Source: Mycobacterium sp. (GTDB taxonomy: Bacteria; Actinomycetota; Actinomycetes; Mycobacteriales; Mycobacteriaceae). Taken from it: a DNA stretch of 64,000 bases. A model generated the notes under the pieces. That model did not search any database. It was not told the origin of the DNA and saw only the letters and a list, made by a program, of their open reading frames with translations. The position numbers and the translations under genes are program-made. Positions 36,292-46,681 of this stretch are shown here, one piece after another (the stretch's first letter is position 1; the number at the start of each line of letters is the position of its first letter). The DNA is taken from NCBI GenBank assembly GCA_965229265.1, contig CBDDIY010000010.1:1974045-2038044 (forward strand), in the 5' to 3' direction.

Positions 36292-38061
36292 TCAGAGGTC
36301 GATGACGACGTCCTCGGCAGGCTGTGCCACGCACACCAGTACGTTCCCCTCGGCGGGTGGTTCCAGCGGCTCGGGGTCGTAGCGGACCTGCCCGGACAGC
36401 AGCGCGGTCTCGCAGGTGTGACACACCCCGGTGCGACACGACCATCGGGTGGGTACGTCACAGGCCTCGGCGAATTCGAGCAGACTGGCGTCGGTGGGGC
36501 GCCAGGGTGCCGTCAGCGCACTGCGCGCGAACTGGACGGCGGGTCCCGGCCCGGGCGGGCCGTCGGGAAGATGCGGGGGCCTCATGTCGGCTGCCGCGAT
36601 GCCCGGCGTGATGGCCGCGTGAGCGCCGAATCGCTCGGCATGGACGTTCGCGGCCGCGATCCCACACGCGACCAGTCCTTCGGTGACCTCGTCCATGAAT
36701 ACCTCGGGTCCGCACACGAATACTTGCGACTCGGTCGGTAAGCCCAGCTCGCGAAGGGCCTGTGCGGACAACCGCCCCGCCTCGTCGTAGTCGGCGCCCA
36801 CCCGGTCGGCTCCACCCGGCCTGCTGTAGAAGACGCGGGATCGGCTGTCGGGCAAACGTTTCAACAGGTCTCGCACCTCCGCCACGAAGGCGTACTCCGA
36901 CCCATCGCGTGCACCGTGCAGCCACCACACCGGCCGATCGGCGCGCTGAGCCAGTGCATAGAGCATGGACAACACCGGCGTGACGCCCACCCCGGCCGAT
37001 ATCAGCACCACCGGTGACCGGCCGTCGTCGAGGAAGAAGCTGCCTCGTGGTGCGGCCACCTCGATGAGGTCGTCGGCCTCGATATGGTCGTGGATGTAGC
37101 CGCTGACGGTCCCCTGCGGTTCCCGCTTGACCCCGATGCGATAGTCAGCGAACCCGGGCGCGTTCGACAGCGAGTAGTTGCGAACCAACGACGCCCCGCC
37201 GGGCCCGGCGGGGACACGCACCACAACGGATTGTCCGGCAGACCATTTCGGCAGCGGCGCACCGCCGGGGTCGGCCAGCAGGACGGAACGGACGTGTCGG
37301 CTCACGTCGCGGACCGCACGCACCTTCAGCGGGCGGAATCCCGGCCAGGCCGGCGGCGGTGCGGCGATACCGGTCAGTCCGCTGTTGCCCGACGGCCCGG
37401 CTTCCGCCGCGCCCTGCTCGAGCAGACTCTGCAGCGAGGTCTTCCATCCCGGACTCAGCGCCGGAATGCGCAGGGCGCGTTCGAGTGCGTCACGGGGATG
37501 ACCCGGCAGGTAGAGCAGTGCGTCGATCTCGGCGACGCTGACCTGTTGCGGCCCGTCGCCGATCTTCACGATGTCCGCACCGGCCTGCACATCGCCCTCG
37601 GCCAGCACGCGGCAATAGAAGCCCGGTCGGTGATGGGACACCAGCAATGCGGCCATCCGCGGTTCCCCGAGGCGCATCCCGACGCGGTAGCAGGTGACCC
37701 GCGGTTGGGTCACCTCCAGGATCACCTCGCCGATGCGGTACCGATCGCCGATGCATACCTCGTCGTCGGGCAGTCCGTCGACGGTGAGGTTCTCGCCGAA
37801 CACTCCCGGGGTCAGATCGCTACGGCCCAGGACGTCCGCCCAATGGCGATAGGAGGCCCGCTGATACACCAGGACCGCGCGATTCTCCCCGCCGTGGCCA
37901 CCGAGGTCGCCTTGACCGTCGCCGTCGACGTTGAGTCGCCGAATCGTGCGCGGCCCGTCCACCGGCGCCTTCCATGCACCGGTGTGCACGGTGCGGCCAT
38001 TCCAGGTGACGTCCCGGGGCATCCCGACGTTGACCGACATCACGGTGGCCATCGTGGTCAC
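36292..38061 (-). CDS. MOSC + 3-alpha + FAD/NAD-binding + [2Fe-2S] ferredoxin fusion
   Basis: GDGQGD..GHGGE.RAV, FGENLT, VTQPRVTCYR (MOSC); RNYSLS, ISAGVGVTP, VCGP (FNR); CRTGVCHTC...C (2Fe-2S). Confidence 0.9.
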   Translation of the reverse strand: MTTMATVMSVNVGMPRDVTWNGRTVHTGAWKAPVDGPRTIRRLNVDGDGQGDLGGHGGENRAVLVYQRASYRHWADVLGRSDLTPGVFGENLTVDGLPDDEVCIGDRYRIGEVILEVTQPRVTCYRVGMRLGEPRMAALLVSHHRPGFYCRVLAEGDVQAGADIVKIGDGPQQVSVAEIDALLYLPGHPRDALERALRIPALSPGWKTSLQSLLEQGAAEAGPSGNSGLTGIAAPPPAWPGFRPLKVRAVRDVSRHVRSVLLADPGGAPLPKWSAGQSVVVRVPAGPGGASLVRNYSLSNAPGFADYRIGVKREPQGTVSGYIHDHIEADDLIEVAAPRGSFFLDDGRSPVVLISAGVGVTPVLSMLYALAQRADRPVWWLHGARDGSEYAFVAEVRDLLKRLPDSRSRVFYSRPGGADRVGADYDEAGRLSAQALRELGLPTESQVFVCGPEVFMDEVTEGLVACGIAAANVHAERFGAHAAITPGIAAADMRPPHLPDGPPGPGPAVQFARSALTAPWRPTDASLLEFAEACDVPTRWSCRTGVCHTCETALLSGQVRYDPEPLEPPAEGNVLVCVAQPAEDVVIDL

Positions 38062-38696
38062 CCGGCCGCGTTCTCGAGTTGCTCACGCAGGCGGGCGTTC
38101 TCGGCCTGCAGCTCGGCCAGCTGGCTACGCATCGGCGCCAGCGCCGACTCCAGTTCGCCGACGGTGTAGCGAGGGGTGATGTGCTGTTGGCAGTTCCAGT
38201 CATAGGCCTCCACGCTGACCACGACGGCACGTTCGACCACGGCGTCGTAGCGTTCGTCGGCCAGGGAGTCGATCAGGCCGGAGTCCTCGTCGGCCATGAC
38301 GATGCGGGCGTGCCCGAAGATCTTCAGCCGGCGCTGCTGGGCGTAGTCGAGGGCGATGATGGCGATGCGGTCGTCACCGGTGAGGTTGCCGGTGCTGATG
38401 TACTGAAGGTTGCCGCGGAAGTCGGCCCACCCGATGGTGTGGTCGTCGAGGACGTGGACGAATCCTGGTGGTCCGCCGCGGAATTGCACATAGGGCCACC
38501 CGATCTCCCCCACCGAGGCCAGATAGAAGCCGTCGCGCTCGCGCAGGTAGTCCTTCTCGAGATCGGTCAGCGGATCAGGGCCGGGTGTGGCCTTGCCCGC
38601 GACGAACTTGCGTCCGTAAAAGCCCTGGCTGCCGTGCTCGGCCTGGACAGCGCGGACATTGTCGGTGAACGCGATGGCGGCATAACGCTTGCTCAT
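38058..38696 (-). CDS. Pyridoxamine 5'-phosphate oxidase-like FMN-binding protein
   Basis: FYLASVGE.GWPYVQFRGGPPGF, ADFRGNLQYISTGNL, RRLKIFG, WNC.QHITPR. Confidence 0.88.
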   Translation of the reverse strand: MSKRYAAIAFTDNVRAVQAEHGSQGFYGRKFVAGKATPGPDPLTDLEKDYLRERDGFYLASVGEIGWPYVQFRGGPPGFVHVLDDHTIGWADFRGNLQYISTGNLTGDDRIAIIALDYAQQRRLKIFGHARIVMADEDSGLIDSLADERYDAVVERAVVVSVEAYDWNCQQHITPRYTVGELESALAPMRSQLAELQAENARLREQLENAAG

Positions 38697-38729
38697 GTCG
38701 TCTCCTATCGGGCGCCGTCGGCGGTGATG

Positions 38730-39191
38730 TCACTGCAACGCGATGTCCTGCCCACGTTCGGCGTCGGTGCGGGGACCGAAGTATCGCCGTTCGGATTCTT
38801 CGATGGCGACATCGTTGATGCTGGCCTCCCGCCGGCGCATCAGTCCATTGTCGTCGAACTCCCACAATTCGTTGCCGTAACTGCGCCACCACTGTCCCGA
38901 TGCGTCATGGCATTCGTACTGGAATCGGACGGCGATCCGGTTGCCGTGGAAGTCCCACAGGCTCTTACGCAACGCGTAGTCGAGTTCGCGCTGCCACTTG
39001 GCGGTGAGGAACTCGACGATCTGATCCCGCCCGGTGACGAACTGGTCCCGGTTGCGCCACACGCTGTCCGGCGTGTACGCCAGGCTGACCCGGTGCGGAT
39101 CGCAGGTGTTCCAGGCGTCCTCGGCGGCCTGGACTTTCTGCCGCGCGGTCTGCAGGTCGTAGGGCGGAAACGGTGGGCGCGATTCAGTCAC
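38730..39191 (-). CDS. DUF1348 / SnoaL-like (NTF2 fold) protein
   Basis: [59 protein letters not shown]. Confidence 0.92.
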   Translation of the reverse strand: MTESRPPFPPYDLQTARQKVQAAEDAWNTCDPHRVSLAYTPDSVWRNRDQFVTGRDQIVEFLTAKWQRELDYALRKSLWDFHGNRIAVRFQYECHDASGQWWRSYGNELWEFDDNGLMRRREASINDVAIEESERRYFGPRTDAERGQDIALQ

Positions 39192-39858
39192 GGACCGGAC
39201 CTTTCGTGGGGGTTGTCATGGCTGCCACCGCTTCATTCGTCGTCGGAACAGCGTGGGCGAGAAATGCGAAGTTCACCAGGGCGGCCTGGTAGCCGTCGCC
39301 TCGCTCGGGGTGTCTCGGGCCGGCGGTGGCGTCGCGCACCACCGCGACCTCGAATCCCTGCTCGAGCAGGTCGCGCAGATGGGACTCCACACAGATGTTG
39401 GCCAGCATGCCGCACAGGATGACCTTTGCGATCTTGCGCTTGCGGAGTTGCAATACCAGGTCGTTGGTCTGCGGTCCCCATACCTTGTGAGGGCTGGCCA
39501 CGATCGTGGCCCCGTCGTCGATGAAGGGTTTGAACTCATCGAGCCAGTCGGCGCCGGATCCGGTGAAGCCGTCCAGGGTCAGGGCGCCGCGCCGGGCGAA
39601 GGTGTCGGTGCGTAGTTCATCGGACTCCAGCGGTCCGTTGAACAACCACCGGTGGTCGGTGGGATAGAAGTAGTGCGGCGAGATGAACACCGCGAAGCCG
39701 CCCGCCTTGGCGGCGGTGAAGATGTCCACCAGGTGCCCGACCGTTCCGTTCTCGGTCACGCTGGCCCCCAGGACCTCCCAGTTCTTGCCAGTCGGGCTGA
39801 GCACATCATTCTGCGGGTCGATGACGACGACGGCCGTATCGGCAGGGTCATAGTCCAT
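39184..39858 (-). CDS. Isochorismatase-family cysteine hydrolase
   Basis: [21 protein letters not shown] (Asp-Lys-Cys triad). Confidence 0.85.
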   Translation of the reverse strand: MDYDPADTAVVVIDPQNDVLSPTGKNWEVLGASVTENGTVGHLVDIFTAAKAGGFAVFISPHYFYPTDHRWLFNGPLESDELRTDTFARRGALTLDGFTGSGADWLDEFKPFIDDGATIVASPHKVWGPQTNDLVLQLRKRKIAKVILCGMLANICVESHLRDLLEQGFEVAVVRDATAGPRHPERGDGYQAALVNFAFLAHAVPTTNEAVAAMTTPTKGPVRD

Positions 39859-39867
39859 TGTCAATTA

Positions 39868-40986
39868 CTACACCGGAGGAGACGCCACCACTGCGGGCCC
39901 GGCGCCGGCCGAGGCATGGGTTCGTGCGATGCCCGGCTCGCGGTATCCGCCGTCGTTCATCGCGCGCCGGACCGCGTCACCGACCGCCTCGATGTCCTGG
40001 GCGGCAACCAGCGCGATCACGCAACCCCCGAACCCTCCGCCCGTCATCCGGGCACCGAGCGCCCCGGCCGACACCGCCACGTCGGCGATCCGGTCGATCT
40101 GCGCCGTGGTGATCGCGAAATCGTCGCGCATCGAGCGGTGCGAGTCAGTCATGATCGTCCCCGCGCCAGCGAAGTCGGAAGCCGCTACAGCGTCGACGAA
40201 TTCGAGCACACGGCGATTCTCCGTCAGCACATGGCGGGCGCGGCGGGCGTCGAGCGGATCGGCCACCGCGTCGAGGACCTCGATGCCGCGGTGCTGCACC
40301 TCACGCAATGAGCCGACGCCAAGGTCGCGGGCCGCCCGTTCGCAGGAAGCCCGCCGTGCCGCGTACTCGCCGCCGGCGTGGCGGTGCTGGGCCCGGGAGT
40401 TGATCACCAGCAGTGCCAGCCCAGCGGTGTCGGGGTCGAACAGAACCGGGCGCACCGAGCTGTCCAGGAAGTCGATCAGCATGGCTCGACGCGGCTGCCC
40501 GTACAACGCTGCGAGTTGATCGAGCAAACCGGTTGGCGCACCGACATATTCGTTCTCTGCACGCTGGGCGATGCGCGCCTGCGCCAGACGATCCGGGGTG
40601 ATCCCCGCTGCGGTCAGGACGGCGCCGAGGACCGCGCAGCCCAGCGCCGCCGAAGACGCCAACCCCGACCCGGCCTCCACGTCGCTGGTGATCGTCATGG
40701 CGCCCCCGCCGACGCGGTGTCCGGCCTGGCCCAGCGCCCAGATGACGCCGGCCACGTAGGCCGCCCACCCGTCGACATCCCCGGGATGGGTGGCCACCGC
40801 GATTCGCACCGGATCGCGCTCGCGATCACTGCGAACGGTGAGGGTGTCGCTGCCGTCGGGCCGAAAATGCGCAACGGTGCGTTGCGGCAACGCGATAGGC
40901 AGCGCGTACCCGAAGTTGTAGTCGGTGTGCTCACCGATCAGGTTGATCCGGCCGGGCGCCGCGTAATGCACGTCGCCCGCGCTCAT
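39868..40986 (-). CDS. galK: Galactokinase
   Basis: [52 protein letters not shown]. Confidence 0.94.
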   Translation of the reverse strand: MSAGDVHYAAPGRINLIGEHTDYNFGYALPIALPQRTVAHFRPDGSDTLTVRSDRERDPVRIAVATHPGDVDGWAAYVAGVIWALGQAGHRVGGGAMTITSDVEAGSGLASSAALGCAVLGAVLTAAGITPDRLAQARIAQRAENEYVGAPTGLLDQLAALYGQPRRAMLIDFLDSSVRPVLFDPDTAGLALLVINSRAQHRHAGGEYAARRASCERAARDLGVGSLREVQHRGIEVLDAVADPLDARRARHVLTENRRVLEFVDAVAASDFAGAGTIMTDSHRSMRDDFAITTAQIDRIADVAVSAGALGARMTGGGFGGCVIALVAAQDIEAVGDAVRRAMNDGGYREPGIARTHASAGAGPAVVASPPV

Positions 40987-42089
40987 CGGGCCAGCTCCCG
41001 CAGCCGTTGCGCCACAACCTCGGGAGTGACATCGCTGATGAACACATCCATCGCCGATTCGGAGCCGGCCAGGTACTTCAGCTTGGTGGCACTGCGCCGC
41101 ACCGACATCAGTTCCACGTGGAAGTACCCCAGCCGCTGGGTGTCGGTGTCGGAGTACTGGTGCAGAGCGCTGATGTAGGGAAGGGGTGTCGGGTACATCC
41201 GGTCGAAGCGGGCGAGCACGTCCAGGTAGAGGGCGGCGAATCCGCTCAGCTCGGTCTCGTTGAGTTCGGTGAGGTTGTGCACGAATCGATTCGGGTAGAT
41301 GTGGACTTCCACCGGCCACCGCGCGGCGAAGGGGACGAAGGCGGTGAACAGCTCGTTGCGGGCGATCACCCGGGCGCCGTTGCCGACCTCGTCGGCAAGG
41401 ATGTCGGCGAACAGATTTCTCCCCGTGCGGTGCTCGTGGTCTCGGGCGCGGGCCAGCATCGCGGTGGTGCGCGGGGTGAGGAACGGGTAGCCGTAGATCT
41501 GTCCATGCGGGTGGGTCAGCGTCACACCGATGTCCTCGCCGCGGTTTTCGAAGCAGAACACTTGGGCGATGCCCGGCCGGGACAGCAGATCTTCGGTGCG
41601 GTGGCGCCACGCGTCGACGACCAGGCGAGCCTGCGACGGCGCCAGCCCGGCGAAGGAACCCTGGTGGTCACTGGAGAAGCAGATGACCTCGCAGCGACCG
41701 TGTCCCGGCGCGGCGACAAAACCGACGTCGGTGCCGGGCACGTCGCAGGCCTGCCCAGGGTGTGCGGCTGCGCCGGCCAGGCTGGGGAATCGGTTCTCGA
41801 AGACCACCACGTCGTAGGCGGGTGCAGGCACCTCCCCCGCCAGGCCCGACGGATCCGGGCACAACGGACACTCGTCGGGCGCCGGCTTGTAGGTGCGGTC
41901 CTGGCGCAGCGCGGCGACGATCACCCACTGCCCGGTCTGCCGGTCGAAGCGCAGCTGTGTGCTCTGGTCGCCGCGGCGCGGCAGCGGCCGCCGGTCGGCC
42001 ACCGGCGCCGGCTGGTGCCCCGGGAGGGCGAAGAACAGTTCCTCGCGCCCGTCGGCCAACATCCACGGGGTGGGGGTCGCCGCGCTCAT
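40983..42089 (-). CDS. galT: Galactose-1-phosphate uridylyltransferase
   Basis: [43 protein letters not shown] (HPH). Confidence 0.94.
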   Translation of the reverse strand: MSAATPTPWMLADGREELFFALPGHQPAPVADRRPLPRRGDQSTQLRFDRQTGQWVIVAALRQDRTYKPAPDECPLCPDPSGLAGEVPAPAYDVVVFENRFPSLAGAAAHPGQACDVPGTDVGFVAAPGHGRCEVICFSSDHQGSFAGLAPSQARLVVDAWRHRTEDLLSRPGIAQVFCFENRGEDIGVTLTHPHGQIYGYPFLTPRTTAMLARARDHEHRTGRNLFADILADEVGNGARVIARNELFTAFVPFAARWPVEVHIYPNRFVHNLTELNETELSGFAALYLDVLARFDRMYPTPLPYISALHQYSDTDTQRLGYFHVELMSVRRSATKLKYLAGSESAMDVFISDVTPEVVAQRLRELAR

Positions 42090-42877
42090 CGGTGGGTCCC
42101 CGCGCCGGCGATCACGAGCTCCTCGACGCGCCCGGCGAGCGCCACCCGGTCGGCATCACCCAGGCCGTCGTCGACGATGAGCGTGCCGACCTGTCCGAGG
42201 TTGGCGAAGACGTTGGTGCCGACTTCGCGGTACTTGGTGTGGTCGGCCAGCACCACCAGGCGCGCCCCGACACTGATCAAGGCTCTATTGGTCTGCGCCT
42301 CAGCGATGTTCGGTGTCGTCAGTCCGGCGTCGGGATCGATTCCATGCACGCCCAGATAGGTGGCGTCGACCCGGAACGCCGCAATCGCATTGTCGGCGAC
42401 GGGGCCAACCAGGGCGTCGGACGGGGTACGCACCCCGCCACTGAGGTACACCACCGGAGCGGCGGTCTCCTCATCGGCGGGTTCGGTGAGCACGTGGAAC
42501 ACGCTCAGGGAGTTAGTGACCACGGTGATCGAGGAGCGTTGACGGAGTCGTCGGGCGAACTCGGTGGTGGTGGTGCCGGCGCTGATCGCAATGGTCATGC
42601 CGTCCTGCACGGCGGCCGCCGCCGCAGCGGCGATCGCCGCCTTCTCGGGGAGCTGCTGGCCGGCCTTCGCCGTTGACCGCGGCTCCTCGCCCCTGTTGTG
42701 CTGAGCAACCGCTCCGCCGTGCACCTTGCGCAGCATGTTCTGCTCGTCAAGCACGTCGAGGTCGCGGCGCACGGTCATCTCCGAGACGGCGAGATCGGTG
42801 GCCAGATCCGACACCCGTACCGCTCCGCGCGCGCCGAGCGCCTGCAGAATCGCCTGACGGCGTTGCTCGGCGAGCAT
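42086..42877 (-). CDS. DeoR/GlpR-family regulator of the gal operon
   Basis: VSEMTVRRDL..L, HGGA, GTTT, VVTNSL, GGVR, DHTK motifs. Confidence 0.9.
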   Translation of the reverse strand: MLAEQRRQAILQALGARGAVRVSDLATDLAVSEMTVRRDLDVLDEQNMLRKVHGGAVAQHNRGEEPRSTAKAGQQLPEKAAIAAAAAAAVQDGMTIAISAGTTTTEFARRLRQRSSITVVTNSLSVFHVLTEPADEETAAPVVYLSGGVRTPSDALVGPVADNAIAAFRVDATYLGVHGIDPDAGLTTPNIAEAQTNRALISVGARLVVLADHTKYREVGTNVFANLGQVGTLIVDDGLGDADRVALAGRVEELVIAGAGTHR

Positions 42878-42901
42878 CGGATCACCTCCTCGTCCGGATC
42901 G

Positions 42902-42956
42902 CACATTATCAAACATCTTTCTCGGGCTCTATTGCTCGAGTGCGTTTGATTATGTG
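42902..42956. promoter_or_regulatory. Spaced inverted repeat upstream of the gal operon (candidate DeoR operators)
   Basis: CACATTATCAAAC (42902-42914) and GTTTGATTATGTG (42944-42956), one mismatch, 29-nt spacer. Confidence 0.5.
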
Positions 42957-43018
42957 GGATTTCGGTGGGGACCGTGGGGCACTTTCCGAACCGCGCCTGA
43001 GCCCGCGGACATAAGATG

Positions 43019-43031
43019 CGTGACAAGTCAC
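43019..43031. promoter_or_regulatory. Palindromic operator copy 1 (upstream of marR)
   Basis: CGTGACAAGTCAC, immediately after the candidate -10 TAAGAT (43012-43017). Confidence 0.55.
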
Positions 43032-43055
43032 TCGAATTCTGGAGGAGTCAGCTAC

Positions 43056-43544
43056 GTGGCCGCGCGTCGTAAAGACTATCCGCTCAACGCATCCCAACAG
43101 CGGACGTGGCTGAACTACATGCGCGTCTATCACCGCCTCGAATACGAGATGAACCGGCAGTTGCTGGCCGAGTGCGCGCTGTCGCTCAGTGATTACACGG
43201 TCATGAATGCGCTGTCCCAGGCACCGGGGCGTCGGCAACAACTGACCGCGCTTGCCACCACCATCGGCTGGGAACGCAGCAGGTTGTCCCACCACCTGCA
43301 ACGGATGGCGGGCCGGGGTCTGATCGACCGCGCGCCCTCCGAGACCGACGGCCGCTCTATCGACGCGGTACTCAACAACACGGGTTGGGACATGCTGCAG
43401 GCTGCCGCGCCCCGGCACGCCGAGTGGATTCGCACATTGTTCTTCTCCGACCTCGACGCCAGCCAGGAAGCCGAGCTGGCCGACATCCTGGCATGCGTCT
43501 ACGAGAACATCCTGCGCGAGGGCACGTTGCCACGGCCTGACTAG
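43056..43544 (+). CDS. MarR-family transcriptional regulator
   Basis: LSLSDYTVMNALS, WERSRLSHHL.RM..RGLI.R...TDGR; GGAGGAG RBS. Confidence 0.88.
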   Translation: MAARRKDYPLNASQQRTWLNYMRVYHRLEYEMNRQLLAECALSLSDYTVMNALSQAPGRRQQLTALATTIGWERSRLSHHLQRMAGRGLIDRAPSETDGRSIDAVLNNTGWDMLQAAAPRHAEWIRTLFFSDLDASQEAELADILACVYENILREGTLPRPD

Positions 43545-44287
43545 ACCTGGCGCGAGCCACCGTCGACAACGATCTCCGAGCCGGTCATGAAGCTGCTCGC
43601 GTCGGAGGCGAGAAAAGCTACGGCGGAAGCTATTTCGTCAGGATGGCCGAGCCGGCCCATGGGCACGGTTGCGGCCTGTCCGTCGAGGAGCGCTTGCTCC
43701 TGCCCACCCGGCGCCAAACCCGCAAGACCCGGCGTCTCGACCGGGCCGGGCACCACCGTGTTGACGCGGATCTTGCGACCCACCAGCTCGGCGGCCCAGG
43801 TACGACCCAGCGAACGGATCGCCGCCTTCGATGCGGCGTAGGCGCCGAAGGCGGGGACGCCGGCAGAGGCCGCAGTCGAACCGGCGAGCACAATCGAGGC
43901 GCCCTCGTTCAACAGTGGCAGCGTCTTCTGCACGGTGAAGACGGTGCCGCCGACATTGCGATTGAACGTATCGGTCAGATGCTGGGGTGTCTCGTCTTCC
44001 AGGGTGGCGAACTCACCGCCCCCGGCGTTGGCGAAGACGACATCCAGACCCCGGCCGCGCTGCACGATCGCCTCGACGAGCCGGTCCAGGTCGGCGGCAT
44101 CGGTGATGTCACCCTGGACCCCCGTCGCGTTGGCGCCGATCGCGGCAACGGCAGCGTCGACACCCTCCGGTCTGCGCCCGGTGATGAAGACGTGCGCGCC
44201 GTCGGCGGCGAGGCGTTTCGCCGTCGCCAACCCGATACCGGACGTACCGCCGGTGACCAGCGCCGTCTTTCCGTTCAACTGAGTCAT
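43541..44287 (-). CDS. Short-chain dehydrogenase/reductase
   Basis: TGGTSGIG, ANAGG, YAASKAA, RVNTVVPGPVET, GRLGHPDEIA. Confidence 0.92.
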   Translation of the reverse strand: MTQLNGKTALVTGGTSGIGLATAKRLAADGAHVFITGRRPEGVDAAVAAIGANATGVQGDITDAADLDRLVEAIVQRGRGLDVVFANAGGGEFATLEDETPQHLTDTFNRNVGGTVFTVQKTLPLLNEGASIVLAGSTAASAGVPAFGAYAASKAAIRSLGRTWAAELVGRKIRVNTVVPGPVETPGLAGLAPGGQEQALLDGQAATVPMGRLGHPDEIASAVAFLASDASSFMTGSEIVVDGGSRQV

Positions 44288-44341
44288 GTCTGCTCCTTAC
44301 CCGTGGGAGAACCTGTGGAACTGCTACCCACCCCACAACTA

Positions 44342-44355
44342 CGTGACATGTCACG
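44342..44355. promoter_or_regulatory. Palindromic operator copy 2 (upstream of the SDR)
   Basis: Perfect 14-bp palindrome CGTGACATGTCACG. Confidence 0.6.
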
Positions 44356-44442
44356 GTATTCCCCCGGGTGCCTGACCACCGGCTTCGCCGCGACAGGGCG
44401 AGGGCCCCCGGCCGGCCGCCGGCGATGTGGCACCATCACCGG

Positions 44443-45477
44443 ATGGTGTCGACGCCCCGACGAGACCGCAGCACCGCCATCCCCGTCATCGCGCTCACCG
44501 GCCACCTGGGTGCCGGCAAGACCACACTGCTCAACCACATCCTGCAGACACCGCAGGCCCGGATCGGTGTGGTGATCAACGACTTCGGCGATATCAATGT
44601 CGACGCCACACTGGTCAGCGGCCAGATTGACGAACCCGCGTCCATCGCCGGCGGATGCATCTGTTGCCTGCCGGACGACGGCGAACTCGACGCCGCGCTG
44701 GCCAAGCTGGCCGACCCGAGGCTGCGCCTCGACGCCATCGTCGTCGAGGCCAGCGGGATTGCCGACCCGGCCGCGCTCGCCCGCATCATCGGGTTCAGCG
44801 AAGTAGCCGGAGTGCGCGACGGCGGCGTGGTCGATGTCGTCGACGCCGCCCGCCACTTCGACACCGTCGACCGCGGCGGCATCGCGCCGGCCCGATACGG
44901 CGCCGCGACGTTGGTGGTGGTCAACAAGCTCGACCAGATCCCCCCACAGGACCGTACCGAGACCGTACGGCGAGTGGAAGAGCGGGTGCGCGAACGCAAT
45001 TCACGCGCGCAGGTGATCGGTGCCGTCGACGGCCAGATTGACCCCGCACTGCTCTACGACGTTGCCGCGGCCACCGACGAGACCGGTCAGCTGTCCTTCC
45101 GCGACGCGCTCATCGACGAACCTGCGGCCACGCACGTGCACGCCGACGCGGTCACCGTGATCGCCGACGAGCCGGTCGACCCGGGACTGCTGGTCGAGTT
45201 GTTGGAGAATCCTCCCGCCGGGGTCTACCGGATGAAGGGGTCGATCGCCGTGCGGGAACGCTCCGCGATCCGGACCTACGTCGTCAATGTCGTGGGGCCC
45301 GTGGTCCGGATCGCCCGCCGCGCGGCCTCGGCACCGTCCGAGCAGTGCCTGGTCGCCATTGGGATGCACCTCGACACCGACACGGTGCGGACCAGGATCG
45401 GCGATGCCCTCCGGCCCGCCGCCGGACCGGCGTCCGAGAGCGCGACCCGCCGGTTACGCCGCCACCTCGGTGCCTGA
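44443..45477 (+). CDS. CobW/P47K (COG0523) metallochaperone GTPase
   Basis: GHLGAGKTT Walker A, NDFG..NVD, GGCICC, VEASG, VVNKLD, YRMKG. Confidence 0.9.
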   Translation: MVSTPRRDRSTAIPVIALTGHLGAGKTTLLNHILQTPQARIGVVINDFGDINVDATLVSGQIDEPASIAGGCICCLPDDGELDAALAKLADPRLRLDAIVVEASGIADPAALARIIGFSEVAGVRDGGVVDVVDAARHFDTVDRGGIAPARYGAATLVVVNKLDQIPPQDRTETVRRVEERVRERNSRAQVIGAVDGQIDPALLYDVAAATDETGQLSFRDALIDEPAATHVHADAVTVIADEPVDPGLLVELLENPPAGVYRMKGSIAVRERSAIRTYVVNVVGPVVRIARRAASAPSEQCLVAIGMHLDTDTVRTRIGDALRPAAGPASESATRRLRRHLGA

Positions 45478-45488
45478 GGTCGGCAGCC

Positions 45489-46634
45489 TCAGCTCGGTGT
45501 GGATTCGAAGACGGCGGCGGCGAAACGTTCACCGATGCGGCGGTGCGCGTCCGGCCCTGGGTGCAGGTTGTCGGCAAGGGGCAATTCCGCGGAATCCCGG
45601 GGACCGTAGAGATCACACCCGTCGAGGTAGCGCAGATGTGGGTCGTGAACGCTGCGCTGGCGCACGATGGCGGCGAGGTCGTCGCGAATCACGCTGAGGG
45701 TGAGCTTTCCGGCCGCCTGTTCGGCGGGGTCCCCGGTCGCGACGAATCTCAGTGTCTCGCCGTCGAACTCCGGGGCGACCGGACCCGGCGTGTGCTCGTG
45801 GATGGGACAGTGGATCGCCGAGACGACGACGATCGGAGTGGATGGATGCCCTTCGCGGATCGTGTCGAGGAAGCCGTGGACGGCGGGGCCGAATGCGCGC
45901 CGCCGCATCACGTCGGCGTTGACGATGTTGATCCCGAGCTTGACGCTGACGAGATCGGCTGGGGTGTCTCGCATCACGCGGGCGGTGAACGGGTCCAGCA
46001 GGGCCGACCCGCCCATCCCGAGGTTGATCAGGTCGACGCCGCCGATGGCTGCCGCCAGCGCCGGCCAGGTCGCGGTGGGGTGCAGCGCATTGGACCCGTG
46101 GCTGATGGAGCTGCCGTGATGCAACCACACCCGGCGGTGGGTGGGGCACGCCTCGATCGGCTGATCACCGCGCAGCGCGATCAGTTCGGTGATCTCGTTG
46201 TGCGGCAACCAGATTTCGACGTCCTTGAGCCGTCCAGGCAGCCCGGCGAAGCGGACGGTGCCGATCGGTCCGGCCTGCCTGTCGACCGTCGCTGTTGCCG
46301 GGTCGATCATCAGCACGTTGCCGCCGGTCAGTGAGGCCTGGGCCGTCAGTCGACCGTCGACCAGCACGTCGTAGATGCCATCTGGGCGCTGCGGCAGGCC
46401 GCGGTAGGCCGGGCGGGTGCGCAGCGCATCGAGTTCGATCACCGAGGCGCGGGTGCGCAGGGCCAGCCGAATCCCGGCGGGCTGGGATTCGGCCATGGCC
46501 AGCTGAGGATCCGGGCATTGGGACCGCGCCCAGCGAGGCAGCCGGTGCGGCAACAACCCCTGCGCGGTTTCTTCCAGTTCGTACGCCCCGCGTAGGAGGT
46601 TCGCGGTGATCGGGACGGGCAGCAACGACGACAT
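45489..46634 (-). CDS. SGNH/GDSL-family esterase
   Basis: HHGSSISHG, NLGMGG, KLGIN, DNLHP blocks. Confidence 0.87.
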   Translation of the reverse strand: MSSLLPVPITANLLRGAYELEETAQGLLPHRLPRWARSQCPDPQLAMAESQPAGIRLALRTRASVIELDALRTRPAYRGLPQRPDGIYDVLVDGRLTAQASLTGGNVLMIDPATATVDRQAGPIGTVRFAGLPGRLKDVEIWLPHNEITELIALRGDQPIEACPTHRRVWLHHGSSISHGSNALHPTATWPALAAAIGGVDLINLGMGGSALLDPFTARVMRDTPADLVSVKLGINIVNADVMRRRAFGPAVHGFLDTIREGHPSTPIVVVSAIHCPIHEHTPGPVAPEFDGETLRFVATGDPAEQAAGKLTLSVIRDDLAAIVRQRSVHDPHLRYLDGCDLYGPRDSAELPLADNLHPGPDAHRRIGERFAAAVFESTPS

Positions 46635-46681
46635 CTGCACGATTCTCCCCTGGCCGCCACGCGGCGGGACCACACGGGTGA

